Source: Fibrobacteria bacterium
GTDB lineage: Bacteria > Fibrobacterota > Fibrobacteria > UBA11236
Length of the DNA: 35,026 nucleotides
NCBI GenBank assembly: GCA_041746255.1
Contig: JBGTHM010000122.1
Span: 1 to 35,026, forward strand
Reading direction: 5' to 3'
Below the pieces are notes generated by a model that saw only the letters and a program-made list of their open reading frames with translations, had not been told where the DNA came from and did no database searches. Each line of letters starts with the position of its first letter. Position 1 is the stretch's first letter. Below, piece by piece: positions 18,281 through 26,592 of the stretch. Both the position numbers and the translations under genes were made by a program.

Positions 18281-18601
18281 TTAGCGAGGGTTGTAATTGT
18301 TCATACTGGCCATAATCAAGGCCAGGCACCCCATGATGACTCCTCCCGTAATGATTTGCTCCTTATGGTTGAAAACCTTTTTTGCCAAGGGAACCGAGTC
18401 CAGAACCGATTTTTGGGCCAGGGAATCGGGATCCAGGACGGTCTGTGGCGAAGCTGTTTCCGGAGGAAGCGAGCCAGGCTGAATAATTTCATTGGATGTC
18501 GGCTCTTCAGAAACGGGAAAGCCGTCCTGGGAAAAGCCCGGATGCGCGGACAAGCCTAGAGCCCAAAATACTAAAAACAGGATTCGGGGTTTTTCAAGCA
18601 T
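18281..18601 (-). CDS. Hypothetical exported protein with C-terminal transmembrane helix
   Basis: N-terminal signal peptide, Pro/Ser/acidic linker, C-terminal IITGGVIMGCLALIMA followed by SMNNYNPR; follows gatB on the same strand. Confidence 0.7.
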   Translation of the reverse strand: MLEKPRILFLVFWALGLSAHPGFSQDGFPVSEEPTSNEIIQPGSLPPETASPQTVLDPDSLAQKSVLDSVPLAKKVFNHKEQIITGGVIMGCLALIMASMNNYNPR

Positions 18602-18634
18602 GGCGGGTTCGGAAAAGATTTGCCATCGGCATGG

Positions 18635-20086
18635 TCAACCGGCCAGCCGCTCCTGAAGTATTTGGTTGACCTTCTCGGGGCTGGCTTTGCCTTGGCTGAC
18701 CTTCATCACCTGGCCGACGAAAAATCCTATCAATTTGGTTTTTCCCTCACGGTAAGCTTGAACCGAATCCGGGTTCTTTTCCAAAACTTCGTTGATGAAA
18801 GCATTGATGGCGCTATCGTCATTGATGACACGTAAGCCTTTTTCCGAAACAATAACGTTAGGCGATTTTCCAGTCGCAACCATTTCTTCAAATACGGCCT
18901 TGGCCATTTTTCCCGATATGGTTCCCTGCGAAATGAGTTCGACCAACTCGCCCACGTGCTCTGCTTTAAAGCGTAGCTCATGCACACCGATGGATTCATC
19001 CTTGAGAACACGGAGTACGTCTCCCATAATCCAATTGGAAACGGCTTTTTTATCCGTGGCGACGGAGCAGGCTCTTTCATAGAAATCCGAAACGGCCTTA
19101 ATCTGGGTGAGGACCTCGGCATCGTAAGCGGGAATGCCGTACTGGTCGGCATAACGTACGCGCCGAGCCTCGGGCAATTCGGGAAGGGTGGCCCGGACTG
19201 CTTCGATAAACTCCTTGGTGACGTTGAGGCGTATCAAATCGGGCTCCGGAAAATAGCGGTAATCATGCGCTTCTTCCTTAACGCGAATGGTGACGGTTTC
19301 CCCTTTATTGACGTCCCAGCGCTTGGTTTCCTGCAAAACCCTTCCACCGGCATCGAGTACTCCGGTTTGTCTCTCGATCTCGGCTTGTACGGCTTTCTCG
19401 ATATTGGAAAAGGAATTCATGTTCTTCAATTCCACCCGATTTCCGAAGGGGGCATTCTCGTCTTTGCGCAGGGAAATATTCGCATCGCAACGAAGGTTTC
19501 CGCGTTCCATATTCGCGTCGCAGACCTCCAGGTATTCCAGAATCTGCTTCACTTTGTCGAGGTATAAAACGGCTTCCCTCGGGGAGCGCAAATCCGGATC
19601 GCTTACGATTTCAATCAAGGGCGTGCCGCAGCGATTGGCGTCGAAAAGGGAATCGTGAACCGTTAGATCGTGAATGAGCTTACCCGCGTCCTCCTCCATG
19701 TGGATGCGCGTCAGGCCGATGCGTTTTCGCGTACCGTCTTCGAGATCGATATGTACAAAGCCCTTGGTGCAGATGGGGCGGTCGTATTGGGCGGACTCGC
19801 CTTGCTGGGTGATTTGATAGCCTTTGGGCAAATCGGGGTAGAAGTAATTCTTCCGGGTCCACATGGCTTCGGGGTCGATGGTGCAATTGGTGGCCAATCC
19901 CATTTTAACGGCGTATTCGAGGGCACTGGCATTGGGCGAGGGCAGCGTCCCGGGCATGCCCAGGCAAACCGGGCAAACCAATGTATTAGGCTCGGCGCCG
20001 AATTCGACCCGGCAACTGCAGAAAAGTTTCGTTTGAGTGGACAACTGGGCGTGAACTTCCAGTCCGATTACCACGCTATAGGCCAT
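18635..20086 (-). CDS. gatB: Asp-tRNA(Asn)/Glu-tRNA(Gln) amidotransferase subunit B
   Basis: IGLEVHAQL, CPVCLGMPG, RKNYFYPDLPKGYQITQ, HMEEDAGK, LRCDANIS, YRYFPEPDL, FFVGQVMK. Confidence 0.98.
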   Translation of the reverse strand: MAYSVVIGLEVHAQLSTQTKLFCSCRVEFGAEPNTLVCPVCLGMPGTLPSPNASALEYAVKMGLATNCTIDPEAMWTRKNYFYPDLPKGYQITQQGESAQYDRPICTKGFVHIDLEDGTRKRIGLTRIHMEEDAGKLIHDLTVHDSLFDANRCGTPLIEIVSDPDLRSPREAVLYLDKVKQILEYLEVCDANMERGNLRCDANISLRKDENAPFGNRVELKNMNSFSNIEKAVQAEIERQTGVLDAGGRVLQETKRWDVNKGETVTIRVKEEAHDYRYFPEPDLIRLNVTKEFIEAVRATLPELPEARRVRYADQYGIPAYDAEVLTQIKAVSDFYERACSVATDKKAVSNWIMGDVLRVLKDESIGVHELRFKAEHVGELVELISQGTISGKMAKAVFEEMVATGKSPNVIVSEKGLRVINDDSAINAFINEVLEKNPDSVQAYREGKTKLIGFFVGQVMKVSQGKASPEKVNQILQERLAG

Positions 20087-20262
20087 AAGTGCTCTTCCTT
20101 TTTTCTCAGAAAAGATATAAAAATAGGCTAAGCGAGATTCCTGCGGGAAAACATGGGGATAGGGAAACAGCCTTCACCGTATGTGTGTGCTCAAGGATTT
20201 ACTAAGTTTGCCGATCCCCTTCTTCATAGGCCCAGGGGTGGCCGGAGAGCAGCGAAATAGCC

Positions 20263-20961
20263 ATGAGTTTACCCAGCGGACTGACCGCATATGAATTTGA
20301 GCGGGTGTTGGTGCCGTCGCACGATTTGGCAAAATATTTTCACTTACGGGTGGAAACCCAAGCGGATGGCACGCCCAAATTGCTTTCGGAAGCCGCTTCC
20401 CTCTCCCCTATTTCCATCGAAGATTTTTTCGGAACCGTAGGCCCCATCGAAATCGAAGTCGGCTGCGGTAAAGGCGGGTTTCTGGTGGAGTATTGTGAAA
20501 GGCACCCCAAGAGGCCCTTTCTGGGCCTAGAGTGGGAGTCACAAATCGCTTTTCTGGCCGCAGGACGGCTGGCCAAAAGGCCGCATCTGCCGCATGCCCG
20601 CATCATTCTCGGAGATGCTTATTTCTTTTTTCGCGACTATTTACCACCTGGTAGCGTCAGCGCCTTCCATATCTATTTTCCCGACCCCTGGCCGAAAAAA
20701 CGCCATCACAAAAACCGGCTGATTCGCCCCGAGGTAATGGACCAGGTTTTCAGGCTCGCCCAATCGGACTGTCACTTCTACTGGGGTACCGATCATGCCG
20801 AATACAACCTCTGGAGCCGGGACCTTTTCTCGCAATTGGAATGGCTCGAATTGGTGAAAGACAATGCCCAACCCACCGAAGGCATCATGACCAATTTCGA
20901 AAAAAAATATCGCGAAAAGGGAAAGCCGATTTACCGGGCGGTTTTTCGCATTCGCAAATAA
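20263..20961 (+). CDS. trmB: tRNA (guanine-N7)-methyltransferase
   Basis: EVGCGKG SAM motif, FPDPWPKKRHHKNRL, TDH, TNFEKKY. Confidence 0.94.
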   Translation: MSLPSGLTAYEFERVLVPSHDLAKYFHLRVETQADGTPKLLSEAASLSPISIEDFFGTVGPIEIEVGCGKGGFLVEYCERHPKRPFLGLEWESQIAFLAAGRLAKRPHLPHARIILGDAYFFFRDYLPPGSVSAFHIYFPDPWPKKRHHKNRLIRPEVMDQVFRLAQSDCHFYWGTDHAEYNLWSRDLFSQLEWLELVKDNAQPTEGIMTNFEKKYREKGKPIYRAVFRIRK

Positions 20962-21761
20962 TCCATCCACGATTTCAGCAGGCGGCCACCGGTCGAAGGC
21001 TCCGTCTTGGACTTTTCCCTTAAGAGAAAACGGATTTTTCGGGGGAGTTCATGGCGATGCCAATGTCTCCAAGCCTCGAAATGCCGGTAGCGTTTCTCCG
21101 CCTGTTGGAATTCCGCCGAGTGTACGATACGTCGCCCCTCAACCCATCGGGGTGGGAAAACGATATGCAGGCATTCATGATAAACCACTCCGCCGACTAT
21201 CTCCGGGCCCGCATCCTGTACATCATAGCCCCGGCTGATGGAAATGAGATGGTAAGGTTTTCCTTCACCGTCCCGCTGAATGCTGTGCGTAGACAGGCCG
21301 CCAATACGGGAGGACCAGGTTATCGAAGCCTCAAGGGAGCCTTCGAAATATTCCCGATTGATGTCCGCAAAAATCCGGCGCAAATCGTGATGGCGCCCGA
21401 TGGGATTGAGTCGATGGATCTTACGGGCGTTACGCGAGAGCAGTTGCTTCCGCAAGGTGTTTTCAGCGGAAGATGTCGGTGAATTCTCCAGCCAATTGTG
21501 GAGGAAGTCCTGCACCTTTTTTTCGCATTCCCGGCGCAATAACAGGGTTTCCGGCCGATTGCGGCGCAGGAACCGGGAGTTGCGGCCCCGAGTGACTAAA
21601 TCAGCCCATTGCAACACGGCGGATTTGACCGACTCTGGCGCATGCTCCAGCGAAGGGGGCAAATGCAGTTCGCAGCTTCCTTCCCCACGATTCCACTTCA
21701 CCCGCCAGCTTTTATGCAATCGCGGTTTGAAAACGATTTGGATGTTTGCGGCGGGATCCAT
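20931..21761 (-). CDS. SprT-like / YgjP-like HEXXH zinc metalloprotein
   Basis: HDLRRIFADINREYF.G...ITW, VVYHECLH, H.AEF...E motifs; Arg-rich; no signal peptide; TAATG overlap with the secretin stop. Confidence 0.8.
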   Translation of the reverse strand: MDPAANIQIVFKPRLHKSWRVKWNRGEGSCELHLPPSLEHAPESVKSAVLQWADLVTRGRNSRFLRRNRPETLLLRRECEKKVQDFLHNWLENSPTSSAENTLRKQLLSRNARKIHRLNPIGRHHDLRRIFADINREYFEGSLEASITWSSRIGGLSTHSIQRDGEGKPYHLISISRGYDVQDAGPEIVGGVVYHECLHIVFPPRWVEGRRIVHSAEFQQAEKRYRHFEAWRHWHRHELPRKIRFLLREKSKTEPSTGGRLLKSWMDYLRMRKTAR

Positions 21762-23968
21762 TAAGGGTCCGGGGTTTTCTCTTCAGGAATAACCGGATTG
21801 GTCTTCTCGACTTTTTCGCCTTGTCTCTCGATCGTAGAGCGAAGAAAATCATTGTCCTTGAGCCGTCCCGAGCGTTTTTCGAGAGCCTTTAAATCTTCCG
21901 TGAGATTGGTTCCCATGGTTTCGCGCCGAAGGACATGAGGCGTTACATAAATAACCAATTCCGTGGTTTCACGGGTTTTTCCGCTATAGGAAAAGAGATA
22001 TCCCAAAATCGGGATGCTTCCCAATATGGGAACGAAAGTGCGTTGCACGTCTTCCTTGGAATTGATGATTCCACCCAGTGCCAGGGTTTGTCCGTCCATA
22101 AGACTTACGTTGGTATTGATGGAGCGATTGGTGATGGGTGGTGGACCTTCATTGGAACCCTTAGTTTGGGTTTTTATGCTCGGTGCGATGCTGACATTCA
22201 CCTCTCCATGATTGGTGACCCAGGGAGTCAGTTCAATCGTAATACCGTCGTCGATGGCCCGATAGTCCTTGTTTTCAAATCCATCCTTGGAAACCGAACT
22301 GACGAGATAATACGAAGTTTTACTGACCCGTAGTTCGGCCTTATTGCCGTTGAGCGTGGTGATTTTGGGCATGGATAGGATTTTGGCTTTATTCTGCGAC
22401 TCCAACGCCCGCAAATTAAGATCGAAGTTCTGGGGAAGCACGCCGATGGTCCCCGTAAACCCTCCTTCACGGAACACCCCTCGTAGGCCACTGGCGGCAA
22501 CTTCGGCTTGAACATTGGGTCCCGTAGCATAAGGCGCCGGCCCCGATCCTATGCCCAGGTCGGAGCCTCGGCCACGTACATATTCCACCACGATGACTTC
22601 CATCAGCACCTGTAAAGTGGGTAAATCGATTTGTTCCAAATAGGCGCGGATAAGGGAAATGTCTTCGCCTGTGCCGGTTATCAGCACTGCGTTTTGTTCC
22701 CGAATGACTTTGATATTTTCCACGGGAATGGATTTGGGAAAAACCTGCTCGATATTCTCGGCTTTGATGTATTTCAGGAAGTAAAGCTCGGCTCCCGAAA
22801 GCGCTTGTCCGGAGGGCGTGTTGGGATTGCGGTCGCCGATCAGAAGGGTGCCGGCGCGATTGGTATAGGCGTATCGCGTGCCCTGCAAAAGCGAAACCAG
22901 GGCGTCATCCACCGTGGCGTTTTGGATCTGAGCGTTGGCATTGCCCACGATTTCTCCGATGAAAACATAATTGACGCCCGCTTGTTGGGCGATTTCGCGG
23001 ATGACCTCGGCCAGGGGTGAATTGCTGAGGTTGAGCGTAACTCGCCTGTCCTGTACGTCGATTTCCATATTGCCCGACCCGTAGCCCATTCCCCTGCCTC
23101 CGCGGGGAGGAACATGCCTTTCCGGAGAAGAGTCGTCCTTGGCCTCGACGATGTATACCCCTTTTTTCAGACGCACCTCGAATTTATTGGCTTCCATGAG
23201 GGCTTTGAGGCCGTCCATGGGAAGAACTTCCTGTAACTTTCCGGTAACCGTACCTTGTAGGTTTTGCCCCGGCAACACATTCACGCCGGTTTTTTCCGAA
23301 AAATCCCGTAAAAACTCAAGCACCGGCTTATTTTTAACATCGAGCGACAAGCGCTTACTTTGCATTTGCATTTTGCTCATGGTATGCTCGGAGGCTTTCG
23401 TAATCCGATAAACATTCCCGTCCTCGATCAATTCCAATCCATGGGACCGAACCAGTTTTTCCAGCCCTTCAAGCACGGGAACGTTTTCGAGGTGCAATGT
23501 CACCCGCAATTCCCCGATTTCCGGATCGGGTATGATGCTCAGCTTATAGGCCATGGCAATGGCCCGTAGTACGTCGAGAATCGGTTCATTGACGTAATCG
23601 ATAGTCATCGAACCGGTAACCCTGGATTTGATCATGCCTTGGGAAGGTGCGCGCGAACCGTCAAGCTGCGCGGATGCTTCACCCCTCAGATTGGGAGCGT
23701 TTCGGTTGGAACCTTCCAGCCGCCGCCGTTGCGGCCTGGGTATGCGATAGACTTCGCCCGCGGAAGGGGGCTCGTGTATGGGACCAGGAACATAGTCCGT
23801 TTGCGGAGGGTTGTACTCTTGGTTTACTTCTGGTGGCTGCTGTTGTTCGTAAGACGATTCTTGCGACTCGGCCTCGTATTCCGGAGGGGACGATTGCTCC
23901 TCGTCCTGGGCCCGGGTTTGGGTGAGCGCCAGCAGTGCAAAGAGGGGTATGAGAAAGAGATTTTTCAT
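21761..23968 (-). CDS. Secretin (GspD/PilQ-like) with three STN/N0-like domains
   Basis: Signal peptide; N3-like domain (LKYIKAE...NAVLITG...IDLP); secretin core (QVLMEVIVVE, LRALES...ILSMPKITTLNG, DGQTLALGG, VPILGSIPILGYLF, ELVIYVTP). Confidence 0.93.
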   Translation of the reverse strand: MKNLFLIPLFALLALTQTRAQDEEQSSPPEYEAESQESSYEQQQPPEVNQEYNPPQTDYVPGPIHEPPSAGEVYRIPRPQRRRLEGSNRNAPNLRGEASAQLDGSRAPSQGMIKSRVTGSMTIDYVNEPILDVLRAIAMAYKLSIIPDPEIGELRVTLHLENVPVLEGLEKLVRSHGLELIEDGNVYRITKASEHTMSKMQMQSKRLSLDVKNKPVLEFLRDFSEKTGVNVLPGQNLQGTVTGKLQEVLPMDGLKALMEANKFEVRLKKGVYIVEAKDDSSPERHVPPRGGRGMGYGSGNMEIDVQDRRVTLNLSNSPLAEVIREIAQQAGVNYVFIGEIVGNANAQIQNATVDDALVSLLQGTRYAYTNRAGTLLIGDRNPNTPSGQALSGAELYFLKYIKAENIEQVFPKSIPVENIKVIREQNAVLITGTGEDISLIRAYLEQIDLPTLQVLMEVIVVEYVRGRGSDLGIGSGPAPYATGPNVQAEVAASGLRGVFREGGFTGTIGVLPQNFDLNLRALESQNKAKILSMPKITTLNGNKAELRVSKTSYYLVSSVSKDGFENKDYRAIDDGITIELTPWVTNHGEVNVSIAPSIKTQTKGSNEGPPPITNRSINTNVSLMDGQTLALGGIINSKEDVQRTFVPILGSIPILGYLFSYSGKTRETTELVIYVTPHVLRRETMGTNLTEDLKALEKRSGRLKDNDFLRSTIERQGEKVEKTNPVIPEEKTPDP

Positions 23969-25449
23969 GTTTGTGTTTCGGTAGCCGCCACTCGAAGCAG
24001 TTCGGAGGCGCTGGTTACTCCATTCCGTAGTTTTTCGATTCCATCGAATACCAGCGGTAAAAACCGGGTAATGTCTTTGATATGTGCTTCACTTTTTCCG
24101 GTCAGAATCGCCTCCCGCACGGCTGCGTCGAAAAGCAGCAACTCGAATATACCGGTCCGGCCTTTATACCCTGTGTCTCCGCATAAAGAGCAACCCACGG
24201 GAGTCGGGCATGATTCGGGAAGGTCCGGAAGGAGCAGCTTTTCTTCGGGAGCGGGCGCTTCCCACTTGTGGCATGCGGGGCAGAGGCGCCGCACCAGACG
24301 CTGGGATAAAACCCCCAGTACCGCGGAGCTGATGAGAAAGGGTTTCACTTTCAAATCGAGCAAACGGCTGACGGCGGAAACCGCATCGTTGGTATGCAAA
24401 GTGGAGAAAACCAGGTGGCCGGTTTGTGCGGCTTGAACGGCAATGGCGGCCGTTTCTTCATCGCGGATTTCCCCGACCATGATTACATCGGGATCCTGGC
24501 GTAAAAGCGAGCGCAACGCCTCGGCGAATCCCAAGCCCGCTTTCTCGTTGATCTGGACTTGGTTGGCTCCGTCCAGCCGGTATTCGATGGGGTCTTCGAT
24601 GGTGGAAACGTTGATGTCTTTTTGCAGAATCTCGCGCAGACCCGCATAAAGAGTCGAGGATTTTCCTGAACCGGTGGGACCGGTAACGAACAGCATGCCT
24701 TGTGGCCGATGGATGAGCAGACGCACGGGTTCGAAAATTCGGGGGGGCATTCCCAGCGCTTCCAGAGCCGCCACATTCTCCATATGCCGTAAAATGCGCA
24801 GCACGACCTTCTCGCCCAAGCGCGTAGGCAAAGTACTCACGCGCAAATCGATAAGGTCGGTTTCGCCTTGCCACTTGATGCGTCCATCCTGGGGCAGCCT
24901 TTTCTCGGCTATATCCAATTCCGCCAGAATTTTAAGCCGTGAAGTCAGTGACCCTTGCACCCATTTCGGCAATTCCATGGAATCCTTCAGCAAGCCGTCG
25001 CGCCGGAACCGCACCTTCACCTTATTTTCACCCGGCTCCAGATGGATATCGGTGGCCGATTCCGCGATAGCCTGGCGGATGATATTGTTGGCGAGTTTGA
25101 TGACGGGCGCCGACTGGCTTTTACGTCGGATTTCCTCCAGCGAAGATCCTTCCGACAAAGCGATGTCGGATTGCAGCAATTCGTCGAGAATCCCGCCTTC
25201 GTTGGCTCCGGTGGAACTTGAAGTGAGTCGCGCCAATTGAAATTCCAGTATCTCAGGGTCGGCATGTACCAATTCCACCGTGCTTTCCAGCCTCATTTCC
25301 AGGGCTTCACGCAGCAATTCATCGCGGGGATTCGCACAGGCGAAGACGTATCCGTTTTTTCCAAAGGAGACGGGAACCGTGCGGGCGCGCAGGCATATGT
25401 CCCGTCCCACGGCGGGAACCAAATCGGTATCCAAATTTAAGGTGATCAA
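23965..25449 (-). CDS. GspE/PilB-family assembly ATPase
   Basis: ATDIHLEP, LDIAEKRLPQDGR, GPTGSGKS, TIEDPIEY, LRQDPDVIMVGEIRD, TGHLVFSTLH, CPAC/CSLC zinc motif. Confidence 0.95.
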   Translation of the reverse strand: MITLNLDTDLVPAVGRDICLRARTVPVSFGKNGYVFACANPRDELLREALEMRLESTVELVHADPEILEFQLARLTSSSTGANEGGILDELLQSDIALSEGSSLEEIRRKSQSAPVIKLANNIIRQAIAESATDIHLEPGENKVKVRFRRDGLLKDSMELPKWVQGSLTSRLKILAELDIAEKRLPQDGRIKWQGETDLIDLRVSTLPTRLGEKVVLRILRHMENVAALEALGMPPRIFEPVRLLIHRPQGMLFVTGPTGSGKSSTLYAGLREILQKDINVSTIEDPIEYRLDGANQVQINEKAGLGFAEALRSLLRQDPDVIMVGEIRDEETAAIAVQAAQTGHLVFSTLHTNDAVSAVSRLLDLKVKPFLISSAVLGVLSQRLVRRLCPACHKWEAPAPEEKLLLPDLPESCPTPVGCSLCGDTGYKGRTGIFELLLFDAAVREAILTGKSEAHIKDITRFLPLVFDGIEKLRNGVTSASELLRVAATETQT

Positions 25450-25507
25450 GCTTTCACCAAGATAGTAATTCCCGTATACGCTATTTCAGTAAACCCCTAC
25501 ATTAGGG

Positions 25508-26104
25508 CTACTTGCGGTTGCGCGGATGCACAGTCACTTCCCAGGCTCTTTCCCGGCCCCCTTCTCCCGTAAAGGCCAATTGGATACGGATACGGGCCAC
25601 CAAGCGGCACTCTTCCGCCTCCAAAACACCGTTGAAATCCCGATCCAATTCAAAAAAATCCAATACGCCATTTCTGTCCCTATCCAGGCTATCCAAGGAC
25701 CAATGGGATTGGTCCTCCCACGCCTCCGGCTGCTTTTCGGGCCCCCAAACATCGACAGACCAGCGAGTCACTGTAAAATCTTGCGGATTTTCATTTACGG
25801 TGGGAATCGAATCGACGATGGCATAGCGGAGGGTGTTCCCGGCGGAATTGATAAGCGTAATTTCATCGGGTGCGATAAGTGAAATTCCCTGACCCTGGCG
25901 GATATTGTTTGCGAGGGATTGCAAATAAACCTGGGCGCGAAAAACCTGCTCCGCCTCCTTTTTATGCCGTATGCTTTGCGTCCAATACATGCGTAACACC
26001 GAGTAGGCCAGCAAAGCGACGATAGACGCCACGACCATGGCCGTCAACAATTCCAGCAGGGAAAACCCCCGCTCTCCCGGGTTTACTTTGGGTTTTAGTG
26101 CCAT
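25508..26104 (-). CDS. Prepilin-type minor (pseudo)pilin, GspJ/PilW-like, with two EF-hand-like loops
   Basis: RG|FSLLELL class III signal with E5 and a hydrophobic helix; DRDRNGVLDFFE and DRDFNGVLEAEE loops. Confidence 0.85.
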   Translation of the reverse strand: MALKPKVNPGERGFSLLELLTAMVVASIVALLAYSVLRMYWTQSIRHKKEAEQVFRAQVYLQSLANNIRQGQGISLIAPDEITLINSAGNTLRYAIVDSIPTVNENPQDFTVTRWSVDVWGPEKQPEAWEDQSHWSLDSLDRDRNGVLDFFELDRDFNGVLEAEECRLVARIRIQLAFTGEGGRERAWEVTVHPRNRK

Positions 26105-26592
26105 TGATACCGCGGTAAAAAAAGACTGAGGGAAATCAAGGGCTTTTCACCCTGGGTATCTCCGCCGAAGGGATGGGAAACAATGTTGAATACGCTTATT
26201 CGCACTTCCACCGGGGGAGGAATATCCCGGGAATGAGCAGGGACGCCCAAGGCGGGCGCGGACCAGACCTCCGTAGAATCGGCGCGGTTACGTACCTCTC
26301 TGACGATATTGAAGCGAAAGGCATTCGGCAGGTTTGGAGCATAGCTGGAATCGGAAATTCGGCCTTCGGGGCGACCGCGTAAGGATTCGATTTCGGATTG
26401 GGCCAGATTGAGTGCGACGGATTTTTGCAAAGCGATGGTCTGCATCCGTTTGGCCGCCCCCAATCCGTACCAGAGCAAGGCGGCGCCAAGTCCGAGAATC
26501 GCGAGGGCTACCAGAGACTCCAGCAAGGTGAGGCCCGCTTGGGCTTGCTGCCGCTGGGCTTCAAGGGGCAGGGAATTTCGTGCCTTATTCAC
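26095..26592 (-). CDS. Prepilin-type minor (pseudo)pilin, GspI/PilV-like
   Basis: AG|LTLLESLVALAILG class III signal; A..LAQSEIE.LR pattern. GTG 26592 overlapping the upstream stop was chosen as start. Confidence 0.85.
   Translation of the reverse strand: MNKARNSLPLEAQRQQAQAGLTLLESLVALAILGLGAALLWYGLGAAKRMQTIALQKSVALNLAQSEIESLRGRPEGRISDSSYAPNLPNAFRFNIVREVRNRADSTEVWSAPALGVPAHSRDIPPPVEVRISVFNIVSHPFGGDTQGEKPLISLSLFLPRYQWH

Noticed and set aside
23639..24436. Long alternative-strand ORFs (also 4427-5077, 7306-8049, 18980-19567, 34368-34988)
   Set aside because: Antisense shadows of well-supported genes, with no recognisable motifs.
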